This document shows positions 47,350 to 57,221 of a stretch of DNA of 64,000 nucleotides, piece by piece. The notes beneath the pieces are model-generated. The model ran no database searches and was not told where the DNA came from. It was given only the letters and a program-made list of their open reading frames with translations. Positions within the stretch are counted from its first letter, which is position 1, and each line of letters starts with the position of its first letter. The translations under genes and the position numbers were made by a program. This stretch comes from an uncultured Gemmatimonadaceae bacterium (GTDB taxonomy: Bacteria; Gemmatimonadota; Gemmatimonadetes; Gemmatimonadales; Gemmatimonadaceae), in NCBI GenBank assembly GCA_963751275.1, contig CAVVTZ010000011.1, positions 96,001 to 160,000 of the forward strand. The letters run 5' to 3'.

Positions 47350-48123
47350 GCGGGCATGAGATAAAGATCGCCCGGGTACCGCACGGCGTCCAGAAACAAT
47401 CCGTGCGCGGGGGCGGGCGCCGAGGTCTCCTGGTTGTGCGAGGCCGCCAGCAGCGCCGCGATGCTCCCGGCAGGGCGCCGCCCGCTCGCCGCGTCCACCA
47501 TGGTGCCCACGATGAAGCGCACCATGTGATGAAGGAACCGATTCGCCTCGATCGTGAAGAGCAGACCCCCCGGCCGGTCGGTCCATCTCGGCCTCCATGA
47601 CCGTGCAGGCGTGCGTATCCGTCGGCGGCGCGGTGCCCGCGACCGCGAACGCAAGGAAGACGTGCTCGCCGCACAGCGCGCGCGCCTCCGCGTCGAGCAC
47701 TGCGCGGTCCAGCGGGCGGCCCGGCGCCCACTCCCAGCGGCGCCGGAAGGGGGAATGCGCGTCGTCGTCGAGACCCACGAGGTAGCCGTACCGGCGCGCC
47801 GTCGCGCTGAACCGCGCGTGGAACTCCGGCCGCATCTCGTGCGCGGCGGCCACCCAGAGATCGTCGGGGAGCACCGCGTTGAGCGCGCGGCGCAACTCGG
47901 CGGGCGTCCATTTCTCGGGCACGCGTACCCCGGCGGCCTGTCCCCGCGCGTGCACGCCGGCATCGGTGCGTCCCGCGCCGAGCGCGGCCACCGGCGCATC
48001 GCACAATCGCGCGAGCGCTTCTTCGAGTGCCGACTGCACCGTGCGCTGGTCCGGCTGGCGCTGCCAACCCGCGAAACCGGCGCCGTCATACTGCAACACG
48101 AGCTGGACGGTGCGCTCCGGCAT
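47346..48123 (-). CDS. truA: tRNA pseudouridine(38-40) synthase; frameshift near 47590
   Basis: YDGAGFAGWQ, GAGRTDAGVHA, FHARFSA, ANRFLHHMVR, APAHGLFL. Confidence 0.95.
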
Positions 48124-48181
48124 GCACGAAAGTTACCGGGCGCGATGAGAGCAAGCAAGCGACGGATGAGCGCCGAACCGA

Positions 48182-48211
48182 TTGACACGGCGCAACCTAC
48201 GTCCCTACATT
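48182..48211 (+). promoter_or_regulatory. Putative sigma70 promoter for GAF gene-trpD
   Basis: TTGACA-18 nt-TACATT. Confidence 0.6.
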
Positions 48212-48254
48212 CGCTCTCCCGCGCGCGCCACGGCGGCGGCGCTCACGAGACCCA

Positions 48255-49571
48255 ATGCCCCCACGCACCCTCGCTTCGCTCGCGCATTCCCTTGGTGCGG
48301 CTTCGGATCTCGATGCCGCGCTCGTCGCGCTCGGTGAAGCGCTCGCCGATGTGGACCGCTCGGCGGTCGTCGCGCTGTTCACCTTCGATGCGCGGCGGCA
48401 GATCCTGCGCGAGCGCCTCACCCCCGACGGGTCGTCCGTGACGCGCGCGCGCGCCGATACCACGCTCGATCATCTGCCCACCCGGATCCGCACGCAGGTC
48501 TCGAGCGGCGGGCAGTTCGCCGACCTCGGCGACCAATCCGACGAGTACGCGCGACTGCTCGGCCTCGCGCCGGCGCTGAACGAGGAAGGGCTGCTCGCGC
48601 TGCACGGCGTGCAGACCGATGGCCATCTCTCCGCGGTAATCGCGCTCTTCGAGCCGCGCCGCTTCTTCGGCACGCGCGTGGTGGAGCGCTTCGCGCCGAA
48701 CGTCGCACTGTTCGAACTGGCGTACGCGCGCTTCGCGGAGCAGGAGGCGCGCAACGAGGCCGTGCGCACCCTCGAAGATGTCACGCAGCGCGTGCACGGC
48801 GAGTACGTGAAGCACCTCGCGGCCCTGGAGCAGGCGCTCGCCCAGGCGCGGAGCACGCCGTCGGGCGTCGCGGCCACGCTGTCGCCCGAGCGGCTGGTCG
48901 CGCTCGAGAAGGAGAGCGCGAGCAGCAAGGAGGAGGCGCGCCGGGCCACGCGCCGCGCCGACGCCGTGGAGCAGCAGGTCGCCGCCGCCGTCGGCCAGCT
49001 CGAGCAGGCGCACATCGAACTGCACCGCCGCGGCGAGTCGCTGCGGCAGAAGACGCGCACGCTCTATCTCATCGAGCGCGTGCTCGCCCTCGATGCGATG
49101 ACGGAGGAGCCCCGCCAGCTCGTGGACGGCCTGCTCGCCCTCGTAGGCGACGACATGCAGGCGCAGCGCTGCTCGCTCATGCTGCGCGCGCCGGGCACGC
49201 AGGAGCTGTTCATCGCCGCCGCCAAGGGACTCGCCCCCGACGTCGCGGAGGGGAAGCGCATCTCGATCGGGCAGGGCGTGGCCGGCAAGGTGGCGAAGAG
49301 CCGCGAGCCGCTCCTCGTGACGGACGTCGAGCAGGCCGGCGCGCACCCGCTGCTGGGCGACGAATATCTCACCACCGGCTCGTTCATCTCCTTCCCGCTC
49401 GTGTACCACGGCCAGCTCGTGGGCGTGCTCAACCTCACGAATCGCGCGCAGCTGGGCGTGTTCGTCGAGGAGGATGTGGAGCGCGTGCGCCTGCTCGCGC
49501 TCGTGATCTCGCTCGTGGCGTCACGCGCCGCGCTGCCGGAGCGCCTCCTCGAGAGCATCGGTGTCCGCTGA
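48255..49571 (+). CDS. GAF-domain protein (GAF-like/coiled-coil/GAF) with no output domain
   Basis: C-terminal GAF: RCSLML, GQGVAGKVA, SFISFPL, LVGVLNLTN; central coiled coil. Confidence 0.85.
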   Translation: MPPRTLASLAHSLGAASDLDAALVALGEALADVDRSAVVALFTFDARRQILRERLTPDGSSVTRARADTTLDHLPTRIRTQVSSGGQFADLGDQSDEYARLLGLAPALNEEGLLALHGVQTDGHLSAVIALFEPRRFFGTRVVERFAPNVALFELAYARFAEQEARNEAVRTLEDVTQRVHGEYVKHLAALEQALAQARSTPSGVAATLSPERLVALEKESASSKEEARRATRRADAVEQQVAAAVGQLEQAHIELHRRGESLRQKTRTLYLIERVLALDAMTEEPRQLVDGLLALVGDDMQAQRCSLMLRAPGTQELFIAAAKGLAPDVAEGKRISIGQGVAGKVAKSREPLLVTDVEQAGAHPLLGDEYLTTGSFISFPLVYHGQLVGVLNLTNRAQLGVFVEEDVERVRLLALVISLVASRAALPERLLESIGVR

Positions 49572-50592
49572 GGCGTTGCGCGGCGCGCTCCGCCGGCTCG
49601 CGGCGGGCGAGTCGCTGACGTCCGAGGAAACGGCCGCCGCATTCGGCGCGGTGATGCGCGGCGAGGGGACCTCGTCCCAGGTCGCCGCGCTCCTGATGGC
49701 CCTGCGGGTGAAGGGGGAGACGGCCGCCGAGATCACGGGCGGCGCAATGGCGCTGCGCGAGGCGATGATCACGCTCCCGGCCTCGCTGCCCGAGACGCTC
49801 GTGGACACCGCCGGCACGGGCGGGGGCAAGGTGCCGACGTTCAACATCTCGACCGCCGCCGCGATCGTGGCCGCGGGCGCGGGGGCGCGCGTCGCGAAGC
49901 ACGGCAACCGTTCCTTCACGACCCAGAGCGGCGGAGCGGACGTGCTCGAGGCGCTCGGCGTGCGCATCGAGCTGACCGTGGACGAGATGCGGCGCGTGCT
50001 CCAGGACGCGGGGATCGTGTTCATGTTCGCGCCGCTCATGCATCCGGCGATGCGGCACGTGGGCCCGGTGCGTCGCGAACTCGGCGTGCCGACGGTCATG
50101 AACGTGCTCGGCCCGCTGGCGAATCCCGCCGGAGCAGGGCGTCAGGTCGTCGGCGTCGCCGACCCGGGCCGGCTCGCGCTGCTCGCGGACGCATTGGCCG
50201 CGCTCGGGAGCGTCCACGCGCTCGTCGTGCACGGCGAGCCGGGCATGGACGAGGTCTCGCCTCTCGGCATCACGCACGTGCGCGAGGTGCGCCGGGGCGC
50301 GGTGCGGGAATGGATGATCGAGCCGTCGAAGTTCGGCTTGCCGGCCGGCACGGCGGAAGGTCTCGCCGGCGGCACCCCCGCGGACAACGCGCGGATCATC
50401 GAAGCTGTGTTGTCCGGTACAGAGCGCGGCGTGGCGAGGAGCGCCGTCATTTTGAATGCCGCCGCCGCGATCTACGTCGCGGATGCCGCGGCCGACATGC
50501 CCGCGGCCGCGAAGCTCGCGGCCGCCACCATCGACTCAGGCAAGGCGACCGCCGCCCTGGGTCGTTTGCGCAGCGCGAGCGCGAAGCGCTAG
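49561..50592 (+). CDS. trpD: Anthranilate phosphoribosyltransferase
   Basis: DTAGTGG, TFNIST, AKHGNRS, LGPLANP, GMDE. Confidence 0.96.
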   Translation: MSAEALRGALRRLAAGESLTSEETAAAFGAVMRGEGTSSQVAALLMALRVKGETAAEITGGAMALREAMITLPASLPETLVDTAGTGGGKVPTFNISTAAAIVAAGAGARVAKHGNRSFTTQSGGADVLEALGVRIELTVDEMRRVLQDAGIVFMFAPLMHPAMRHVGPVRRELGVPTVMNVLGPLANPAGAGRQVVGVADPGRLALLADALAALGSVHALVVHGEPGMDEVSPLGITHVREVRRGAVREWMIEPSKFGLPAGTAEGLAGGTPADNARIIEAVLSGTERGVARSAVILNAAAAIYVADAAADMPAAAKLAAATIDSGKATAALGRLRSASAKR

Positions 50593-50642
50593 CGCTGCCG
50601 TCAGTACCATACGCTCAGTTGCCAGACGCGCCGTTCCAGTTC

Positions 50643-51251
50643 TTAGCAGCGCCTGAGCACGCCCACCACGACCCCTTGGATCGTGACGTCATTCTCGTGG
50701 ACGTAGATGGGACTCATGGTCTCGTTGGCCGGCTGCAGACGGATCCGCCCGTCGCGCTCGCGGTAGAACTTCTTGACCGTCGCGGCGCTGTTGTCGATGA
50801 GGGCGATCACGGTCTCGCCGTTGTCGGCGGTCCGGCGCTCGTTGATCACGACGAAGTCGCCGTCGCGGATCTGCTCGTCGATCATGGAATTCCCGCGCAC
50901 GCGCAGCACGTAGTGATTGCCCGCGCGTCCGATGAACGTTTCCGGCACGCACAGCGTCTCGCCACTCGAGATCGCCTCGATCGGCGTGCCGGCGGCGACG
51001 GAACCGAGCAGGGGCAGCTCGACCGCCCGCGGGAACACATCCGACGGCAGGATCTCGATCGCCCGGCTCTCGTTGTAGGAGCGCTTGATGTAGCCCTTCC
51101 GCTCCAGATTGCTGAGATGCTCGTGAACCGTGGCCAGCGAGTTATAGTTGAACTGACGCGCGATCTCCTCGAAACTCGGAGCGTACCCGTTCTGCTCCGT
51201 GTACGCCGAGAGGTAGTCGAGGATCTCCCGCTGCCGTTTGGTGAGCGCCAT
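50643..51251 (-). CDS. lexA: SOS repressor LexA
   Basis: LTKRQ..YAPSFEEI wHTH, VAAG cleavage site, VRGNSM (Ser), ATVKK (Lys). Confidence 0.97.
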   Translation of the reverse strand: MALTKRQREILDYLSAYTEQNGYAPSFEEIARQFNYNSLATVHEHLSNLERKGYIKRSYNESRAIEILPSDVFPRAVELPLLGSVAAGTPIEAISSGETLCVPETFIGRAGNHYVLRVRGNSMIDEQIRDGDFVVINERRTADNGETVIALIDNSAATVKKFYRERDGRIRLQPANETMSPIYVHENDVTIQGVVVGVLRRC

Positions 51252-51295
51252 GCGTCAAGTCCCGTAGAGGTGATAGCTTAACGAGCAAGTGGTGC

Positions 51296-51338
51296 CCGAA
51301 GTAACGCCGAATTGGACGATAACCGAATAATTCCCGAA
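51296..51338. promoter_or_regulatory. Two CCGAA-N6-CCGAA direct-repeat boxes (candidate LexA operators)
   Basis: CCGAA at 51296, 51307, 51323 and 51334 in the 87-nt lexA/trpC intergenic region. Confidence 0.6.
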
Positions 51339-52190
51339 GTGCAAGCTCCGAATCGCACGTGGACCCCGCCCGGCGGCACGCTGGGCACGATCCTGGCCGA
51401 GGCCCGTGAACGGGTCCGGTCCCTTCCGAGTGTGCGCCGGTCCGAGCTCCGGCGCATCGCCGCCCTTCCGAGGGATGCCGGCATCCCCTCCTTCGCCGCG
51501 GCCCTCCGCGCCGGCCCCATGATCGCCGTGATCGCCGAGGTGAAGCGCCGGTCGCCGTCCAAGGGGGAGATCAACGCGGCGCTCTCGGCGAGCGCGCAGG
51601 CCGTGGCCTACGCGGCCGGGGGCGCCGCCGCGATCTCCGTCCTCACCGAGCCGCAGCATTTCGGCGGATCGCTCACCGATCTCGCCGACGCCCGCGCCGC
51701 GGTGTCCATCCCGCTCTTGCGAAAGGACTTCGTGCTGGACCGTTCGCAACTCTGGGAGGCGCGGGCGGCGGGTGCCTCGGGAGTATTGCTGATCGCGCGT
51801 GCGCTCGAGCCCGCGTTGCTCGACGAGCTCGCGGCGGAGGCGATCGCGATGGGGCTGGAGCCGCTCGTGGAGGTGCGCTCTGAGGGGGAGCTGGCGCGGG
51901 CGCTGGCCACGGAGGCGCCCGTGCTCGGCGTGAACCAGCGCGACCTGGAGACCCTGGTGGTCGATCCGGCGGTCGCGGAACGGCTTCTGCCGCTCGTGCC
52001 GCGCGCGCGCGTGGCGGTGAGCGAGAGCGGCGTACGCGACCGGGCGGGCGTCGAGCGGGCGGCGGCGAGTGGCGCGGATGCGGTGCTCGTCGGATCAGCG
52101 CTCTCGGCGGCCGCGGATCCGTCGGCGGCCGTCCGCGCCCTCACGGGAGTGCCACGAGGCGCGCCGCGGAGCGGAGACCATGGCCGCTGA
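51339..52190 (+). CDS. trpC: Indole-3-glycerol phosphate synthase
   Basis: IAEVKRRSPSKG, ISVLTE, LRKDF, LVEV, GVNQRDL, SESG. Confidence 0.96.
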   Translation: MQAPNRTWTPPGGTLGTILAEARERVRSLPSVRRSELRRIAALPRDAGIPSFAAALRAGPMIAVIAEVKRRSPSKGEINAALSASAQAVAYAAGGAAAISVLTEPQHFGGSLTDLADARAAVSIPLLRKDFVLDRSQLWEARAAGASGVLLIARALEPALLDELAAEAIAMGLEPLVEVRSEGELARALATEAPVLGVNQRDLETLVVDPAVAERLLPLVPRARVAVSESGVRDRAGVERAAASGADAVLVGSALSAAADPSAAVRALTGVPRGAPRSGDHGR

Positions 52191-52824
52191 GCTGAAGTTC
52201 TGCGGGCTCACGCGCGCGACCGACGCGCACGCCGCGGCGATGTGCGGCGCGCGCTATGTGGGCGTGATCTTCGCGGGCGGCCCGCGCCACTTGGAGCCGG
52301 AAGCAGCCGCGCTGGTGCTGGATGGCGCGGGCGCCGGCGTGCAGCGCGTGGGCGTGTTCCGCGACGCGGATGTGTCCGCGATCACCAGAGCCGTTCGCGC
52401 CGCGCGGCTGGATGTCGTGCAGCTGCACGGCGACCCGACGGCGCGCGAGGTGCGCAAGGTCCGCGAGGCGACCGGCGCGCGGGTGTGGGCGGTGCTCCGC
52501 GTGAGCGGCGCGGCGCCGGCCGATCGCCTGAGCGAGCTCGACGGCGAGGCCAATGCGATCGTCTTCGATACGCTGGTGCCGGGCCGGATCGGCGGCACGG
52601 GACGCTCCTTCGACTGGAGCGCCTCCGCGGACGGCGGCCGGCCGCACCGCTCGCGCCTCGTCGTGGCCGGCGGGCTGAATCCGGAGAACGTGGCGCAGGC
52701 GCTCGCGGCGCTCGCGCCGGACATCGTCGACGTCTCCTCGGGCGTGGAATCGCGGCCGGGGATCAAGGATCACGAGCGCATGCGCGTCTTCGCGGACGCG
52801 GTGCGCGGTGCGAGAGGGGACTGA
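52180..52824 (+). CDS. trpF: Phosphoribosylanthranilate isomerase
   Basis: KFCGLT, VQLHG, GGTGRSFDW, AGGLNPENV, DVSSGVE. Confidence 0.96.
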   Translation: MAAELKFCGLTRATDAHAAAMCGARYVGVIFAGGPRHLEPEAAALVLDGAGAGVQRVGVFRDADVSAITRAVRAARLDVVQLHGDPTAREVRKVREATGARVWAVLRVSGAAPADRLSELDGEANAIVFDTLVPGRIGGTGRSFDWSASADGGRPHRSRLVVAGGLNPENVAQALAALAPDIVDVSSGVESRPGIKDHERMRVFADAVRGARGD

Positions 52825-54009
52825 ATGGCCACGGAGAGTACCGACCGCTTCGGCGCCTATGGCGGCCGCTATGTGCCCGAGACCCTCGTGCCCGCGCTCG
52901 ACGCGCTCGAGGCCGCGTACGCCGCGGCGCAGCGCGATCCGGCCTTCCAGCGGGAGCTCGACCGATTGCTCAAGAGCTATGTCGGTCGTCCATCTCCGCT
53001 GACCGACGCGCCGCGTTTTTCGGCGGCGGTGGGGGCGCGAGTCTTCCTCAAGCGAGAGGACTTGAACCACACCGGCGCGCACAAGATCAACAACACGGTG
53101 GGGCAAGCGTTGCTGGCGCGGCGGATGGGGAAGCGGCGGATCATCGCCGAGACGGGCGCGGGACAGCACGGCGTGGCGACGGCGACGATCTGCGCACGAT
53201 TCGGATTGACGTGCGTCGTGTACATGGGAGAGGAGGACATGCGGCGCCAGGCGCTGAATGTCTTCCGGATGAAGCTGATGGGGGCGCAGGTGGTGCCGGT
53301 GACGTCGGGCACGCGCACGTTGAAGGACGCGACGAGCGAGGCGATCCGCGACTGGGTCACCAACGTGACGGACAGTCACTACATCATCGGCTCCGTGGTG
53401 GGGCCGGCGCCCTACCCGCGCATGGTGCGGGATTTCCAGTCGGTGATCGGACGGGAGGCGCGCACGCAGATGATCGAAGAGGCGGGACGGCTTCCGGCGA
53501 CGGTGGTCGCATGCGTGGGCGGCGGCTCGAACGCGATGGGGATCTTCCACGCGTTCGTGGCCGACCGGGAGGTGGAGCTGGTCGGGGTCGAGGCCGCGGG
53601 CGAGGGTCTCGACAGCGGCCGGCATTCCGCTTCGCTCACGCGCGGGCGTCCCGGTGTGCTGCACGGCGCGATGAGCTACTTGCTGCAGGACGACGCCGGG
53701 CAGGTCCATCCCGCGCACTCGATCTCGGCCGGCCTCGACTATCCCGGCGTGGGCCCCGAGCATTCGCACCTCAAGGATTCCGGCCGCGCGCAGTACGTGT
53801 CCATCGGCGACGAGGACGCGCTGCGCGGCTTCGTCATGCTCAGCCAGCTCGAGGGGATCATCCCGGCGCTCGAGACGGCGCACGCGGTCGCGTGGATGGC
53901 GGCGCAGAAGGGACGCTGGGCGCCGGACGCGCCGGTGCTCCTGTGCGTGAGCGGCCGCGGCGATAAGGACGTCGCGGAAGTGAGCGCTCGCCTCGAGGCG
54001 CGCCCGTAG
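52825..54009 (+). CDS. trpB: Tryptophan synthase beta chain
   Basis: [43 protein letters not shown]. Confidence 0.98.
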   Translation: MATESTDRFGAYGGRYVPETLVPALDALEAAYAAAQRDPAFQRELDRLLKSYVGRPSPLTDAPRFSAAVGARVFLKREDLNHTGAHKINNTVGQALLARRMGKRRIIAETGAGQHGVATATICARFGLTCVVYMGEEDMRRQALNVFRMKLMGAQVVPVTSGTRTLKDATSEAIRDWVTNVTDSHYIIGSVVGPAPYPRMVRDFQSVIGREARTQMIEEAGRLPATVVACVGGGSNAMGIFHAFVADREVELVGVEAAGEGLDSGRHSASLTRGRPGVLHGAMSYLLQDDAGQVHPAHSISAGLDYPGVGPEHSHLKDSGRAQYVSIGDEDALRGFVMLSQLEGIIPALETAHAVAWMAAQKGRWAPDAPVLLCVSGRGDKDVAEVSARLEARP

Positions 54010-54011
54010 CC

Positions 54012-55739
54012 GTGCCCACGTCCACCTCGATCCCGGCCATGACGGCGGCGGATGACGGGCTGCCCGAGCCGTCGTTCCCGCCTCAGCTCGTCGAGGAATT
54101 GCTGAAGAACCTGAGCCGCGCGGTGAAGACGCTCGGCTTGTACCTCCCGAACAATCCCATCTACCAGAAGGCGATCGATACGCTGCGCGGTGCCTTCGCA
54201 CCCGTGTGGCGGCGCACGCCGGAGATCGTGCTCACGATCACCGAATCGGACGTGAAGTGGGAAGGGCGCTCGGTGTACCACGATCCGGGGCGGTCGGAGA
54301 GTCTCGCGTGGCTGTTCTACAAGGACGGCATTCGCGAGCTCACGCTCACGCAGGGAGTGGAGTTCGAGGAGGTCGTCGCACTGCTCGAGATCATGCGGCG
54401 CGTGAAGAACGCGGCGCCCGAGGAGGACGATCTGCTCACGCTGCTGTGGGAGCAGGAGTTCGTCCACATGCGCTACCGCTTCGTGGACCTCTCGTTCGAC
54501 AATCTCGCGCCGATCGAGGCGAGCGACAAAGCCGCGGAGGAGCGGCAGCTGCCGCTCGTGGAAGTGAAGCGCGAGATCCAGGAGGCGCCGCCCGAGCCGG
54601 AAGCGCGCAAGAAGGCGGGGCTCGTGAGCATGGAGGACCTCGACGCGACGCTCTACTTCCTGGACGAGACGGAGATCGAGTACCTGCGCACCGCGCTCGC
54701 GGACGAGTCGCATCTCGACTTGCACAAGGACGTGCTCGCGATGCTCCTCGACATCTTCGAGGTGCAGCCGGAAGAGAAGGTGCGCGACGAGGTGGTGGGG
54801 ATCCTCGAGACGTTCATGCTGCACCTGCTCGCGGCCGGCTCGTACGGCGGCGTCGCGTACCTGCTGCGCGAGGCGGCGGTGGCGGCCGGCCGCGCGAAGG
54901 CCCTGCCGCCCGCGATGGCCGACCGGCTGCACCGCCTCCCGGAACGGCTGAGCGATGCCGCCGTGCTGCCGCAGCTGCTGCAATCGCTCGACGACTCCGA
55001 GGTCATCCCGCCGCAGGAAGAGCTCGACGCGCTCTTCGGCGAATTGAAGCAGGGGACGCTCGCGACGGTGCTCGCGTGGCTCAAGCAGGCGCAGAACGCG
55101 CGGCTGCGTGCCGCGCTCGAGAAGACGGCGCAGCGGCTCGCCTCGGCGAACATCGGCGAGATGCTGAAGCTCATCGGGAGCGAGGATCCGTCGGTGGCGC
55201 TCGAAGCGATCCGGCGCGCCGGCGAACTCAAGGCGCAGGCGGCGGTGTCGCCGATGGCCAAGGTGCTGCAGACCGGACTGCCCGACGTGCGGCAGGCCGC
55301 GACCGCGGCGCTGGCCGAGATCGCGTCGCCGGGCGCGATGCGCCTGCTCGAGACCGCGCTGGCCGACAGCGACCGCGACGTGCGGGTGAGCGCCGTGAAG
55401 GCGATCGCGGCGCGCGGCCATCGCGCGGCCCTGCCGAAGCTCGAAGCGGTCGTGTCGGGCAAGACGCTGAAGGAAGCCGACCTCACCGAGAAGAAGGAGT
55501 ACTTCGAGGCGTACGGTGCGCTCGCGGGCCCCACGGCGATCGGACCGCTCGCCGAGCTGCTGAACGGGAAGAGCTTCTTCAAGCGCCGCGTGAGTCCCGA
55601 CATCCGCGCCTGCGCGGCGTTCGCGCTCGGCCGCATCGGCACCGAGGCCGCGCTCACGGAACTCCGGCGCGCGGAGAAGGACAAGGACGTGCGCGTGCGC
55701 AGCGCCATCAACAAGGCGCTCCGCGGAGGCGTCGCATGA
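54012..55739 (+). CDS. HEAT-repeat protein with an uncharacterised N-terminal domain
   Basis: C-terminal repeats DVRQAATAALAEI, DSDRDVRVSAVKAI, DIRACAAFALGRI, DKDVRVRSAINKAL. Confidence 0.88.
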   Translation: MPTSTSIPAMTAADDGLPEPSFPPQLVEELLKNLSRAVKTLGLYLPNNPIYQKAIDTLRGAFAPVWRRTPEIVLTITESDVKWEGRSVYHDPGRSESLAWLFYKDGIRELTLTQGVEFEEVVALLEIMRRVKNAAPEEDDLLTLLWEQEFVHMRYRFVDLSFDNLAPIEASDKAAEERQLPLVEVKREIQEAPPEPEARKKAGLVSMEDLDATLYFLDETEIEYLRTALADESHLDLHKDVLAMLLDIFEVQPEEKVRDEVVGILETFMLHLLAAGSYGGVAYLLREAAVAAGRAKALPPAMADRLHRLPERLSDAAVLPQLLQSLDDSEVIPPQEELDALFGELKQGTLATVLAWLKQAQNARLRAALEKTAQRLASANIGEMLKLIGSEDPSVALEAIRRAGELKAQAAVSPMAKVLQTGLPDVRQAATAALAEIASPGAMRLLETALADSDRDVRVSAVKAIAARGHRAALPKLEAVVSGKTLKEADLTEKKEYFEAYGALAGPTAIGPLAELLNGKSFFKRRVSPDIRACAAFALGRIGTEAALTELRRAEKDKDVRVRSAINKALRGGVA

Positions 55740-57221
55740 GCACGGCCACCACCGGCACGCATGCGGTCCCGAAGGAGACGACGGGTCCGGTCGCCGAACG
55801 CGGGAGCGACGGCTTCGTCCGCAAGGCGGGGCGCGATCTGCTGCTCTCGATCTACGGTGCGCTCCGCACGGTGAAGCTCTATCCGCCGGACAACCCGGTG
55901 GTGCAGAAGACCATGGACGAGATCGTGCGGCTCGCGCAGGATTTCCTGAAACGCGAGCACGAGCTCGAGTTGCGCGTCTCCGGCGAGTTCCTCTTCGTGA
56001 ACTCGACGCGTCTCCGGCTGGACCTCGACAACTACGCGAGCTTCAACCGGATCCTCACGGTGTTCCGCGAGGCGGGCGTGGGGCTCTGCCGCATTCGCGA
56101 GGAATCCACGCCGCGCGACTGGGTGGTGTTCCTGAATCTCATCCAGTCGGCGAACGTCGGCGAGCCGGACGGGCGGTTGTACGCGCTCGCCGAGAAGATG
56201 GCCGACGCGCGCGTGATGTCGATCGAGATCGGCCCGCCGTCGGAGGTGGACGAGGCGATCCGCCAGAAGACCAAGGAGGCGGCGAAGCGCACCTACTCGC
56301 AGTCGGTGGCGGTCACCAAGGAGGTCATCAACTCGGTGCGCATGGGGAAGAGCCCGAACATCAAGAAGATCAAGCGCGTGGTGCAGGCGATCGTCGACCA
56401 GATCCTGAACGAGGAGACGTCGCTATTCGGCCTCACCACGCTGCGCGACTACGACGAGTACACGTTCACCCACAGCGTGAACGTCTGCATCTTCTCCGTC
56501 GCGCTGGGGCGGAAGCTGGGACTCTCGCAGCTGCAGCTCTACGACCTCGGCGTGGCCGCGCTCTTCCACGACATCGGGAAGTCGCGCGTCCCGCTCGAGG
56601 TGCTGAACAAGTCGGGCGCGCTCACCGAGGATGAATGGCGCATGATCTGCCATCATCCGTGGCTCGGCGTGCTGCCGCTGTTCCAGGTGCGCGGCACAGA
56701 ACGATGTTCCGTACCGCGCGATGATCGTCGCGTACGAGCACCACATGAAGACCGACCTGACCGGCTACCCGAAGCCCATCCGGGAGCGGCAGATGGGCAT
56801 CTTCAGCAAGATCGTGGCGGTGGCCGACTGGTTCGACGCGGCCACGTCGCGGCGCGCCTACCAGACGACGCCGATCACGCCGGCCGCCGTGCTCCAGGAG
56901 ATGCGGAAGAACCCGCGCCGCGGCCTGGACCAGGTCCTGGTGAAGGCCTTCATCAACCTCGTCGGCCTCTACCCGGTGGGCACGCTGGTGGTCCTCGACA
57001 CCTTCGAGCTGGCGCTCGTGCACGCCGTGAATCCGACGGCGGAAGCGATCTCGCGCCCGCTGGTGCGCATCGTCAGCGACGAGCGAGGCAACGTGCTCTT
57101 CCCGGGGCACGTCGTGGACCTGAACGCGCTGGATGCGAACAGCGGCAACTTCACGCGCACCATCATCAAGGTCGCGGACCCCGACCGGTACGGCATCAAG
57201 GTCAGTGACTACTTCGTCTGA
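55736..57221 (+). CDS. HD-GYP domain phosphodiesterase; frameshift near 56700
   Basis: DEYTFTHSVNV, HDIGK, VLNK, HHP, EHH..GYP, IVAVADWFDA. Confidence 0.92.

Noticed and set aside
45988..48123. Apparent 711-aa TruA-DegP fusion in the ORF track
   Set aside because: A frameshift near 47590 moves truA into the degP frame; the true TruA C-terminus is in another frame and degP has its own signal peptide
54206..57208. 1000-aa ORF
   Set aside because: Off-frame read-through of the HEAT gene joined to the real HD-GYP gene starting at 55736
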